Source: Nitriliruptorales bacterium
GTDB lineage: Bacteria; Actinomycetota; Nitriliruptoria; Euzebyales; Egibacteraceae
Direction of reading: 5' to 3'
Assembly: GCA_009377835.1 (NCBI GenBank)
Contig: WHTG01000022.1
Span: forward strand, 2,406 to 26,405
Length of the DNA: 24,000 nt
The position numbers and the translations under genes are program-made. The notes under the pieces are model-generated. The model worked only from the letters and a program-made list of their open reading frames with translations, did not search any database and had not been told where the DNA came from. This document shows, in pieces, positions 1 to 6,407 of this stretch. Position 1 is the stretch's first letter, and every line of letters starts with the position of its first letter.

Positions 1-534
1 CCAGCTGCGGCGGTGGCGCCGGAGGATGGTCACCGTCTCGTCGAACGGCGATGGCAGGGGCTTCGGGAACCCTGCGGGGGAGCCAATGAGCACGGCGAAT
101 CGCTCCAGCCACGAATGATCGTCGAGTGTGGTGTCAGCGTGCAGCGCATCCAGCCGCGCCATCGTGTCGGTGGCGGCGAGATCACCGGGCGCCAACCTGA
201 ACGCCGGACATTCGACCACGGTCAACGACGCGAACCGCTCCGGCTCCGTCGCGGCGGCGATCAGCGCACCGATCGTGCCGTACGAGATAGCGACGAGATG
301 AGCACCCTGCGGCGCCACGTCGAGCAGATCCTCGGCGTCGGCCTCGAAGTCCTCGCGTCGCCGCAGCGGGGGGCTCTGGCCATACCCCCGCCGATCGACG
401 ATCCACAGCTGGTAGCGGTCCGCCAGCGGCTTCTGCGGCGCCCACGTCATTCGTCCGGGCATCGCGGTCCCGTGCACGAGCACCACCACTGGGCCCTGTT
501 CGCCCCGCCTGGTGACGTGGAGTTGATCCCCCAT
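1..534 (-). CDS. alpha/beta-fold hydrolase, N-terminal part (continues past the left edge of the window)
   Basis: Absent from the ORF track because no stop codon is reached. Manual reverse-strand translation from ATG at 534 gives MGDQLHVTRRGEQGPVVVLVHGTAMPGRMTWAPQKPLADRYQLWIVDRRGYGQSPP...GAHLVAISYGTIGALIAAATEPERF... It has an HG oxyanion-hole motif, DRRGYGQS, and an AISYG nucleophile-elbow variant. Third codon positions are G/C-rich. The ATG lies 3 nt after the E2 stop (TAG-CGG-ATG). Confidence 0.7.
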   Translation of the reverse strand, partial: MGDQLHVTRRGEQGPVVVLVHGTAMPGRMTWAPQKPLADRYQLWIVDRRGYGQSPPLRRREDFEADAEDLLDVAPQGAHLVAISYGTIGALIAAATEPERFASLTVVECPAFRLAPGDLAATDTMARLDALHADTTLDDHSWLERFAVLIGSPAGFPKPLPSPFDETVTILRRHRRSW

Positions 535-537
535 CCG

Positions 538-2031
538 CTACAACGACGCGAGCAGCTTGGTCGGGCTCTCGATGCAGTCGGCGACGAACCGCAGGAAGCC
601 GGCCGCCTCGCCGCCGTCGCAGATGCGATGGTCGAAGGCGATCGACAGCTGCTGGACCTTGCGGACCTGGATCGTCCCGTCGACCACCCACGGGCGATCG
701 ATGATCCGACCGACGCCGAGAATCGCCGCCTCTGGCCAGTTGATCACGGCGCTGCCACCGTCGACGCCGAACGTGCCGTAGTTCGACAGCGTGAACGTGC
801 CGCCAGTCATCTCGTCGGGCTTGACGCTGCGGTCACGCGCCGCGGTCGCCAGCCGGTTCAGCTCGCTGGCGATGCCGAGGGTGGAAAGCTGGTCGGCGCG
901 CTTGATCACCGGGACCATCAGCCCGCTGTCCGTCTGCGCGGCGAATCCGAGGTTGACGAAGTGTTGGAGCACGATCTCGTTCGTCTCGGTGTCCAGGCGC
1001 GCGTTTACCTCAGGGAAGTCACGCAGCCCGGCGACACAGGCGCGCATGATGATCGCCAGGGGGCTGACCTTGACCTCGGACTGTGACGCGATGAGATCCT
1101 GTCGCAGCGCCCACAGTTCGGTGGCGTCGACGTCGACCCAGGTGGTGGCTTCCGGAATCTGCTGACGCGAGATCGTCATCTGCCGGGCGACGGCCTTGCG
1201 GACGCCCTTGACCGGGATGCGGGTGACGAGATCCGCGCCCGGCGCCTCGAACGGCGGCGCGCCCGAGGCCGGCACCTCTGATGCCAACAGTTGCTGGTAG
1301 TCCTCCGAGGGGGGCACGGTTGCCGGCGCGGCCTCTCCGTTGCCGCCCGGGGAGCGTGTGAGGAACTGCTCGATGTCGTCGCGGGTGATGATTCCGTCGG
1401 GGCCGGACCCCGCCACCATCGCGAGGTCGACGCCCTTGTCTTTTGCCAGCTTGCGGACCGGCGGTTTGGCCAGCGGGCGCCCTGTCCGAAGGGTGCTACC
1501 GGACCGGGGCGCTGCGCGCGGGGCCGGGCGCTGCGGTGCGGCAGGCGGCGCACCGGCCGCCGGCGCCGTGACGGCCTCCCCACCACGGCGGCGCTTGCTA
1601 CGGCCACCGCCGGTCCCGTAGCCGACGAGCACGTTGCCCGACCCGGAGTCGTCCGCCTCTTCGGTCGGCTGCGGCACCATGTCGGCAACCTCGGCGTCCT
1701 CTGACGAACCACCGATCGTCCCGCCGGGTCGCGTGGCGGCGTCAGTGGGTTCCGCCTCGGCGGCACCCGCGTCGGGGGCGGGCCGACCGTCGAGGTCGAT
1801 CGTGACGAGCGGCTTGCCGACCTCGACCTCCTGCCCAGGTTCACCGTGCAGCGCGAGAACCGTGCCGGCGAATGGTGACGGCACCTCGACGACTGCCTTG
1901 GCGGTCTCCACCTCCGCGACGGGTTGGTCGACCTCGACACTGTCGCCCACGGCGACCAGCCACGAGACGATCTCGCCCTCGGTCAGACCCTCACCGAGAT
2001 CCGGAAGCAGAAAGTCCTTTGCGTTCGCCAT
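538..2031 (-). CDS. bkdC: dihydrolipoamide acyltransferase, E2 component of a 2-oxoacid (branched-chain/pyruvate-type) dehydrogenase complex
   Basis: N-terminal lipoyl domain (LPDLGEGLTEGEIV...VETAKAVVEVPSPFAG). Ala/Pro-rich linkers. Subunit-binding segment (AKPPVRKLAKDKGVDL). C-terminal catalytic domain with the DHRICDG motif. ATG start at 2031. The symbol is by analogy to the actinobacterial bkdABC operon; substrate is not determinable from sequence. Confidence 0.92.
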   Translation of the reverse strand: MANAKDFLLPDLGEGLTEGEIVSWLVAVGDSVEVDQPVAEVETAKAVVEVPSPFAGTVLALHGEPGQEVEVGKPLVTIDLDGRPAPDAGAAEAEPTDAATRPGGTIGGSSEDAEVADMVPQPTEEADDSGSGNVLVGYGTGGGRSKRRRGGEAVTAPAAGAPPAAPQRPAPRAAPRSGSTLRTGRPLAKPPVRKLAKDKGVDLAMVAGSGPDGIITRDDIEQFLTRSPGGNGEAAPATVPPSEDYQQLLASEVPASGAPPFEAPGADLVTRIPVKGVRKAVARQMTISRQQIPEATTWVDVDATELWALRQDLIASQSEVKVSPLAIIMRACVAGLRDFPEVNARLDTETNEIVLQHFVNLGFAAQTDSGLMVPVIKRADQLSTLGIASELNRLATAARDRSVKPDEMTGGTFTLSNYGTFGVDGGSAVINWPEAAILGVGRIIDRPWVVDGTIQVRKVQQLSIAFDHRICDGGEAAGFLRFVADCIESPTKLLASL

Positions 2032-2033
2032 GG

Positions 2034-2113
2034 TTAGAAACCCTGTCGCTCAAGCAGCGAAGCGGTAGCGACCATCAGAACAGTCGCTCAAGCAGCGAAG
2101 CGGTAGCGACCAT
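2034..2113 (-). other. two chained repeat-encoded mini-ORFs (MVATASLLERLF, 2075..2113; MVATASLLERQGF, 2034..2075) bridging E1beta and E2
   Basis: Read directly. The E1beta stop TGA overlaps an ATG (TGATG). That 12-codon ORF ends in a TGA overlapping the next ATG (TGATG). The second ORF ends TAA-CC-ATG, where the ATG is the E2 start. Translation is not demonstrated. Confidence 0.35.
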
Positions 2114-2120
2114 CAGAACG
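2045..2120. repeat. 38-bp direct tandem repeat, 2 copies, in the E1beta-E2 spacer
   Basis: Units GTCGCTCAAGCAGCGAAGCGGTAGCGACCATCAGAAC(A/G) at 2045..2082 and 2083..2120, identical except for the last base. Each unit contains the hairpin GTCGCT-N16-AGCGAC. The second copy overlaps the E1beta stop codon. Confidence 0.9.
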
Positions 2121-3084
2121 CAAGACTGCGCTCGACGGCGTCAAGGATGCGGTCGACGTCTGGCAAGAAGAACTCCTCCAGCTTCGCCGCGGGGTACGGG
2201 ATGTCGAAACCACCGACGCGCAGCACGGGCGCCTCGAGGTGATAGAAGGCCCGCTCGGCGACCTGGGCGGCCAGCTCTGCGCCGAAGCCCGAGAACACCT
2301 GCGCCTCGTGGACGACCACCGCATGACCGGTCTTGCGGACGCTGTCGACAACCGTCGCCGCGTCGAATGGGTTGAGCGAGCGCAGATCGACGACCTCCAG
2401 ATCCCAGCCCTCGTCCTCCGCCGCGCTTGCCGCCTCCACGCACGTCTTCACCATCGGACCGTACGCGAACAACGTCGCGGTCGTGCCCTCACGCCGGACC
2501 ACCGCACGCCCGATGGGCTCGGTCTGGGTGGGCAGGTCTGCGTCCTCTTTGAGCCAGTAACGGCGCTTCGGCTCGAAGAAGATCACCGGGTCCGGCGCAG
2601 TGATCGACTCGCGCAGTAACGAGTAGCCGTCGGAGGGGGTGCCTGGCGTCACGACCTTCAGGCCGGCGACGTGCGCGAAGAAGTTCTCCGGGCTCTCGGA
2701 GTGGTGCTCGACGGCACCGATGCCTCCGCCGAACGGGATCCGGATCGTGATCGGCAGTGTCACTTTGCCGCGCGACCGGTTCCGCATCTTTGCCACGTGG
2801 CTGACGATCTGCTCGAACGCCGGGTAGGTGAAACCGTCGAACTGCATCTCGACGACCGGCTTGTACCCGTACAGCGCCATGCCGACCGCCGACCCCACGA
2901 TGGCAGACTCCGCCAACGGGGTGTCGAAGCAGCGCTTGTCGCCGAAGCGCTCCTGCAACTTGTCCGTGATCCGGAACACGCCGCCGAGCGTGCCGACGTC
3001 CTCCCCGAACATGACCACCCGGTCGTCTTCGGCCATCGCGTCGTGCAACGCGGTGTTCAGCGCCTGGGCCATCGTGATCGCCAT
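2113..3084 (-). CDS. bkdB: 2-oxoacid dehydrogenase E1 component, beta subunit
   Basis: MAITMAQALNTALHDAMAEDDRVVMFGEDVG... is a typical E1beta (transketolase-like pyrimidine-binding plus C-terminal domain) sequence of about 323 aa. The track ORF extends to 3333, but residues upstream of M84 are a translation of the intergenic repeat and the E1alpha 3' end. The chosen ATG at 3084 overlaps an upstream TAA (TAATG). ATG at 3072 is an alternative start. Confidence 0.9.
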   Translation of the reverse strand: MAITMAQALNTALHDAMAEDDRVVMFGEDVGTLGGVFRITDKLQERFGDKRCFDTPLAESAIVGSAVGMALYGYKPVVEMQFDGFTYPAFEQIVSHVAKMRNRSRGKVTLPITIRIPFGGGIGAVEHHSESPENFFAHVAGLKVVTPGTPSDGYSLLRESITAPDPVIFFEPKRRYWLKEDADLPTQTEPIGRAVVRREGTTATLFAYGPMVKTCVEAASAAEDEGWDLEVVDLRSLNPFDAATVVDSVRKTGHAVVVHEAQVFSGFGAELAAQVAERAFYHLEAPVLRVGGFDIPYPAAKLEEFFLPDVDRILDAVERSLAF

Positions 3085-3194
3085 TACATGCGTCCGAACG
3101 CTGCGCTGCCTGAGGACGGGACCAGACGTCCTACCGCTGCGCTGCCTGAGGACTGGACCAGACGTCCTACCGCTGCGCTGCCTGAGGACATCAT
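3084..3194 (-). other. repeat-encoded 36-codon mini-ORF (MMSSGSAAVGRLVQSSGSAAVGRLVPSSGSAAFGRM) bridging E1alpha and E1beta
   Basis: Its ATG overlaps the E1alpha stop (TGATG). It stays open through the whole 36-bp repeat array. Its TAA overlaps the E1beta ATG (TAATG). An AGGAAGG Shine-Dalgarno-like motif lies 9 nt upstream, inside the E1alpha 3' end. Translation is not demonstrated. Confidence 0.35.
3099..3189. repeat. 36-bp direct tandem repeat, about 2.5 copies, in the E1alpha-E1beta spacer
   Basis: Units CGCTGCGCTGCCTGAGGAC(G/T)GGACCAGACGTCCTAC at 3099..3134 and 3135..3170, with 1 mismatch, plus a partial copy at 3171..3189. A degenerate trace extends to about 3091. The unit length is a multiple of 3. 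Confidence 0.9.
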
Positions 3195-4330
3195 CAGCTG
3201 CCGCCTTCCTGGTTCGAGGCGATCTCGCGGCGCAGCATGGCCTTCTGCTCCTCGTACGACGCTGGTGGATCCACGTAGACGTGTTCGAACAACTCCATCG
3301 GGTCCCCGTGCGGCGCGTCGTAGATCTCCTCACGCATACGTGCCGCGTAGCCCCTGGCCTCCTCGTCGATCTGCGCGCGGAAGTCGTCGTCGAGCAGTCC
3401 TTCCGCCTCCAGGAAGGTCTCGAAGCGCGCGATCGGGTCGCGCCGCTTCCACTCCTCGAGTTCCTCAGGGGTGCGGTACCGGGTCGGGTCGTCCGCCGTC
3501 GTGTGCGCCTCCATGCGATACGTCAGCGCCTCGATGAGGCTGGGACCCTCACCTCTGCGCGCGCGGTCAACCGCCTGCCGCGCGACGGCATAGGTTGCGA
3601 GGACGTCGTTGCCGTCGCAGCGGAAGCCGGGCATGCCGTACCCGACGGCTTTGTGCGCGATCGTCGGCGCCCTCGTCTGTTTGCTCAGGGGCACGCTGAT
3701 CGCGTACTGGTTGTTCTGGACGAAGAAGATGCACGGCGCGTCGTAGACGGCGGCGAAGTTCATCGCCTCGTGCGGGTCGCCCTCGGACGTTGCGCCGTCG
3801 CCGAAGTAGGTCATGACTACGAGGTCCTTGCCGTCGAACTTCGCACCCATCGCGAACCCCGCGGCGTGCAGCGCCTGGGTGCCGATCGGGATCGAGAGCA
3901 ACCCGAAGTGCGTGGCCATCGGGTCGTGGTTGGACAGCCACGTCCCACGGAAGAGGTGGAGCACCTTGCCGGGGTCGACGCCGCGCACAAGTGCGGCGCC
4001 CATCTCCCGGTACGACGGGAAGACCCAGTCCTGCTCGTCCAACGCGTAGGCGCCGCCGATCTGTGCCGCCTCCTGACCGAGCAGCGAGGCGTAGACACCC
4101 AGCTGCCCCTGGCGCTGCAGGTTGATCGCCTGCTTGTCGACGCGGCGCGCGAGCACCATGTAGCGGTAGAGGTTGCGGAAGTCCTCGTCCTTCAGATCCA
4201 GGGGGAAGCCCTCGACCTCATGCAGCGTCCCCTGGTCGTCCAGCAACTGGACGGGCTCGTCCGGCGGGAGCAGTGTGTTCGGGTCCACGGGACCGGGCAC
4301 TGACTGCGGCGGGTTGCTCGCAGCGCTCAT
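3194..4330 (-). CDS. bkdA: 2-oxoacid dehydrogenase E1 component, alpha subunit (TPP-dependent)
   Basis: TPP-binding signature YFGDGATSEGDPHEAMNFAAVY...FFVQNNQYAIS. The start is placed at ATG 4330 (MSAASNPPQ...) because AAGGGAG lies 6 nt upstream. In-frame alternatives exist at 4348 (ATG) and 4408 (GTG). Confidence 0.9.
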   Translation of the reverse strand: MSAASNPPQSVPGPVDPNTLLPPDEPVQLLDDQGTLHEVEGFPLDLKDEDFRNLYRYMVLARRVDKQAINLQRQGQLGVYASLLGQEAAQIGGAYALDEQDWVFPSYREMGAALVRGVDPGKVLHLFRGTWLSNHDPMATHFGLLSIPIGTQALHAAGFAMGAKFDGKDLVVMTYFGDGATSEGDPHEAMNFAAVYDAPCIFFVQNNQYAISVPLSKQTRAPTIAHKAVGYGMPGFRCDGNDVLATYAVARQAVDRARRGEGPSLIEALTYRMEAHTTADDPTRYRTPEELEEWKRRDPIARFETFLEAEGLLDDDFRAQIDEEARGYAARMREEIYDAPHGDPMELFEHVYVDPPASYEEQKAMLRREIASNQEGGS

Positions 4331-4381
4331 CGGTTGCTCCCTTGTCATGGCCTGCGGGGTCTCCGCCGGCCGTTCGTCATG

Positions 4382-4415
4382 GGTGTCGCACAGCAGTCGG
4401 TGTTGCACAGCAGTC
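4382..4415. repeat. 17-bp tandem direct repeat x2 upstream of the E1alpha gene
   Basis: GGTGTCGCACAGCAGTC (4382..4398) and GGTGTTGCACAGCAGTC (4399..4415), 16/17 identical. They lie 52-85 nt upstream of the E1alpha ATG, in the divergent bkd/cbiX intergenic region. Confidence 0.8.
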
Positions 4416-4699
4416 TCGCGCCTACGTCAACGTCGCGCGGTCGGCACGAACGTGACGCTGGATGCAACCTGAACGTTCCCCTCGACCCGACTCCGGCCCG
4501 CCGGATCACGGCGAGGCAGAGACCCGGAGGGGGTGGCGCCCAGGGTATTCCGGCGCAACGTGTGACGGCAAGACCGGCCGCCTGCCGAGAAGTGTCACAC
4601 GTCCGTCCCGCCGCCATCGTGTCGCCGGCGACGGCATGGCGGGCAGAAACGACGGAGGAACGAGCCGTCCCTGGGGCCTGGACGCGGCAGGATGGTCCC

Positions 4700-5560
4700 A
4701 TGACCGCGCTTCCCGCCCTACTGACCATCGCCCACGGCACCCGGGACCCGCGTGGCGCGGAGGAGATGGCGACGTTGCTGTCGATCCTGCGCGCGCGTCA
4801 CGCCGCTCCCGTCGCGAACTCGTGGCTGGAAGACTTCGCCGCACCAAGCGTGGACGAGGCCGTTGCGGGGCTGATCGCCGAGGGCGTCACGCGGATCGTG
4901 ACCGTCCCGTTTCTCAACCTCGGCGCCTACCACGCAAAGACCGACGTGCCCAACGCCGTCGCAGCGGCGCGTCAGGACCATCCGGATCTGATGGTGGCCC
5001 ACGGCCGGGTCCTGGGGCTTCACCACGGGCTGTTCGCGCTCGCGCGGGCGCGCGTCGACGCAGTCAGTGATCCGGCCGGCCGTGACCAGGAGGTTCTGGT
5101 CGTGGCAGCGTCGGGTTCCTCCGATCCGGACGCCAACAGCGACCTGGCGAAGGGGGCGCGTTTTCTCGGCGAGACCACGGGCCACCGTTGGGTCGAGTGC
5201 GCGTTCGCCGGTGTCACGTGGCCGCGCATCGACACCGTGCTGCGTCGCGTGTCCGCCGCCGGCGCCACCCGAGCCGTCGTCTTCAGCTGGTCCCTGCTGG
5301 CGGGGCTGCTCGAGCAGCGCGTCGCCTCCGCCGCCGCCCAGATCGCGGGCGACACCGGCCTGACGGTCGTCGACGCGGGACGCTTCGGGCCCGATCCTTT
5401 GATTGCGGACGTGGTGCTCGACCGCTACGCCGAGGCCCTGGCCGGCGACGCGCGGATGAACTGCGACCTGTGTGCCTACCGTGTGCCGCTGCCCGGGTTG
5501 GAGAACCGAGTCGCCGCGCCGTCGGGGGGCGGCACCGGCGAACGGGTCATCGCGCCGTAG
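4700..5560 (+). CDS. CbiX/SirB-type sirohydrochlorin chelatase (two CbiX-like halves)
   Basis: MTALPALLTIAHGTRDPRGAEE... is followed by a second half, VLVVAASGSSDPDANSD... A C-terminal M-N-C-D-L-C (MxCxxC) motif is present. The start is placed at ATG 4700; the track ORF from 4334 is an Arg/Pro-rich upstream extension with no family resemblance. Confidence 0.8.
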   Translation: MTALPALLTIAHGTRDPRGAEEMATLLSILRARHAAPVANSWLEDFAAPSVDEAVAGLIAEGVTRIVTVPFLNLGAYHAKTDVPNAVAAARQDHPDLMVAHGRVLGLHHGLFALARARVDAVSDPAGRDQEVLVVAASGSSDPDANSDLAKGARFLGETTGHRWVECAFAGVTWPRIDTVLRRVSAAGATRAVVFSWSLLAGLLEQRVASAAAQIAGDTGLTVVDAGRFGPDPLIADVVLDRYAEALAGDARMNCDLCAYRVPLPGLENRVAAPSGGGTGERVIAP

Positions 5561-5579
5561 CCTGCATTCCGCGCCGAGT

Positions 5580-5620
5580 TGGTTGATATCCGACTGGCTC
5601 TCCGAGCCGGATATCAACCA
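5580..5620. terminator. long hairpin between convergent genes (possible bidirectional terminator, no U-tract)
   Basis: Perfect 13-bp inverted repeat: TGGTTGATATCCG (5580..5592) and CGGATATCAACCA (5608..5620). An inner GGCTC/GAGCC stem is also possible. It sits between the chelatase stop (5560) and the HExxH protein stop (5642). Confidence 0.4.
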
Positions 5621-5641
5621 CCCCGCGCCGGCAGCGAGTTG

Positions 5642-6307
5642 TCAACCAGCTTGCAGGGCGGGGCGGGCGACGCGGATCTCGCGGTGCAGCGGCCAGACGC
5701 GCGGCTCGCAGCCGTCGAGCCGGATCGTCTGCTGCTGCATCACCGGCGCGGGCCCGCCCTTGCCTGGGCATTCCTGATGCTTCAGACCCAGCCAGTGTCC
5801 GACCTCGTGGTTGATGACGTACTGCCGGTAGTCGTCCAGCGGGTGGCCGCGGAACGTCGCCGCCCCATCACGCCAGCGTGCCGCGTTGATGAGCACGTCC
5901 TTGCCGACGCGGCAGCTGTACTCCGGGCTGCAGCTGACGTGCGCGGCCGCGACAGTCCTCCGCGACGCCAGCCACAGGCGGAACTCGCCGCCATGTCGCA
6001 CCCGCACGAAATCGATCGCACCCCCGGATCCCCAACCGCGGGGGTCGTTCAGCGTCTGGTCCGCGACGTCGGCGAAGGCCCCCAGTTCGGCGGCGGCGGT
6101 GTCGTCCGCGCGGAGGACGTACGTCACCACACGGTGCCACGGCGGGGTGTCGCCGCGGACCTCCAGGAACGAGGTGTGGCCGGCGCGCCGCGACTGCGCC
6201 TGCTCCACGGCGGCCGCCGCAGTCGCGCTCCAGACCGACAGGGCTGTCATCGCCGCGGCGGCCGCGGCGATCATTGCCGTGCCACGTCGTCCTCGCATGA
6301 CCCCCAT
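5642..6307 (-). CDS. secreted zinc-metallopeptidase-like protein (HExxH; DUF3152-like)
   Basis: N-terminal signal-like segment MRGRRGTAMIAAAAAAMTALSVWSATAAAA. Motif YVINHEVGHWLGLKHQECPGKGGPAPVMQQQ with conserved Cys residues. The DUF3152 assignment is from memory of the family pattern, not from a search. Confidence 0.7.
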   Translation of the reverse strand: MGVMRGRRGTAMIAAAAAAMTALSVWSATAAAAVEQAQSRRAGHTSFLEVRGDTPPWHRVVTYVLRADDTAAAELGAFADVADQTLNDPRGWGSGGAIDFVRVRHGGEFRLWLASRRTVAAAHVSCSPEYSCRVGKDVLINAARWRDGAATFRGHPLDDYRQYVINHEVGHWLGLKHQECPGKGGPAPVMQQQTIRLDGCEPRVWPLHREIRVARPALQAG

Positions 6308-6407
6308 GGTGGGCCTATACCCCCCGGCGCGCCGCGATCTGCATCCCCGGCCCGTTCGAAGGGCCGCAAACCCCTTTCAAACGGCCGAACGGCCAGGCGC
6401 CGGCGCG

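Noticed and set aside
2045-3189. CRISPR interpretation of the 36-bp and 38-bp repeats
   Set aside because: The repeat units are directly adjacent with no spacers. There are only 2 to 2.5 copies. They lie inside an operon, and no cas genes are present.
3085-3333. N-terminal extension of the E1beta ORF containing the repeated peptide VLRQRSGRTSGP
   Set aside because: The extension is the in-frame translation of the intergenic repeat plus the E1alpha 3' end. E1beta homology begins at MAITMAQALN. Analogous upstream extensions were rejected for the chelatase gene (4334..4699), ilvN (10872..10970), dxs (13866..14204), gatB (18674..18817) and fni (14110..14160).
2828-4303. 491-aa plus-strand ORF antisense to the E1alpha/E1beta genes. 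The same applies to 13..1086 (+), which is antisense to the hydrolase and E2 genes.
   Set aside because: The translations are Arg/Pro/Ala/Gly/Val-rich low-complexity strings with no recognisable motifs. They lie opposite confidently identified genes. Long stop-free antisense frames are expected at this GC content.
5575-5641. Miniature inverted-repeat element with a target-site duplication (CGAGTTG at 5575 and 5635 flanking the 13-bp inverted repeat)
   Set aside because: The right-hand copy of the 7-mer is 14 nt away from the end of the inverted repeat, so it does not behave as a target-site duplication. A 7-mer match at this distance is easily chance.
6348-6394. Two short hairpins (CGGCCC-N7-GGGCCG and GGCC-N4-GGCC) after the 2-hydroxyacid dehydrogenase stop, as a terminator
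   Set aside because: The stems are only 4-6 bp, with only a weak, interrupted T-rich stretch. This is too weak to annotate at this GC content without 3'-end data.
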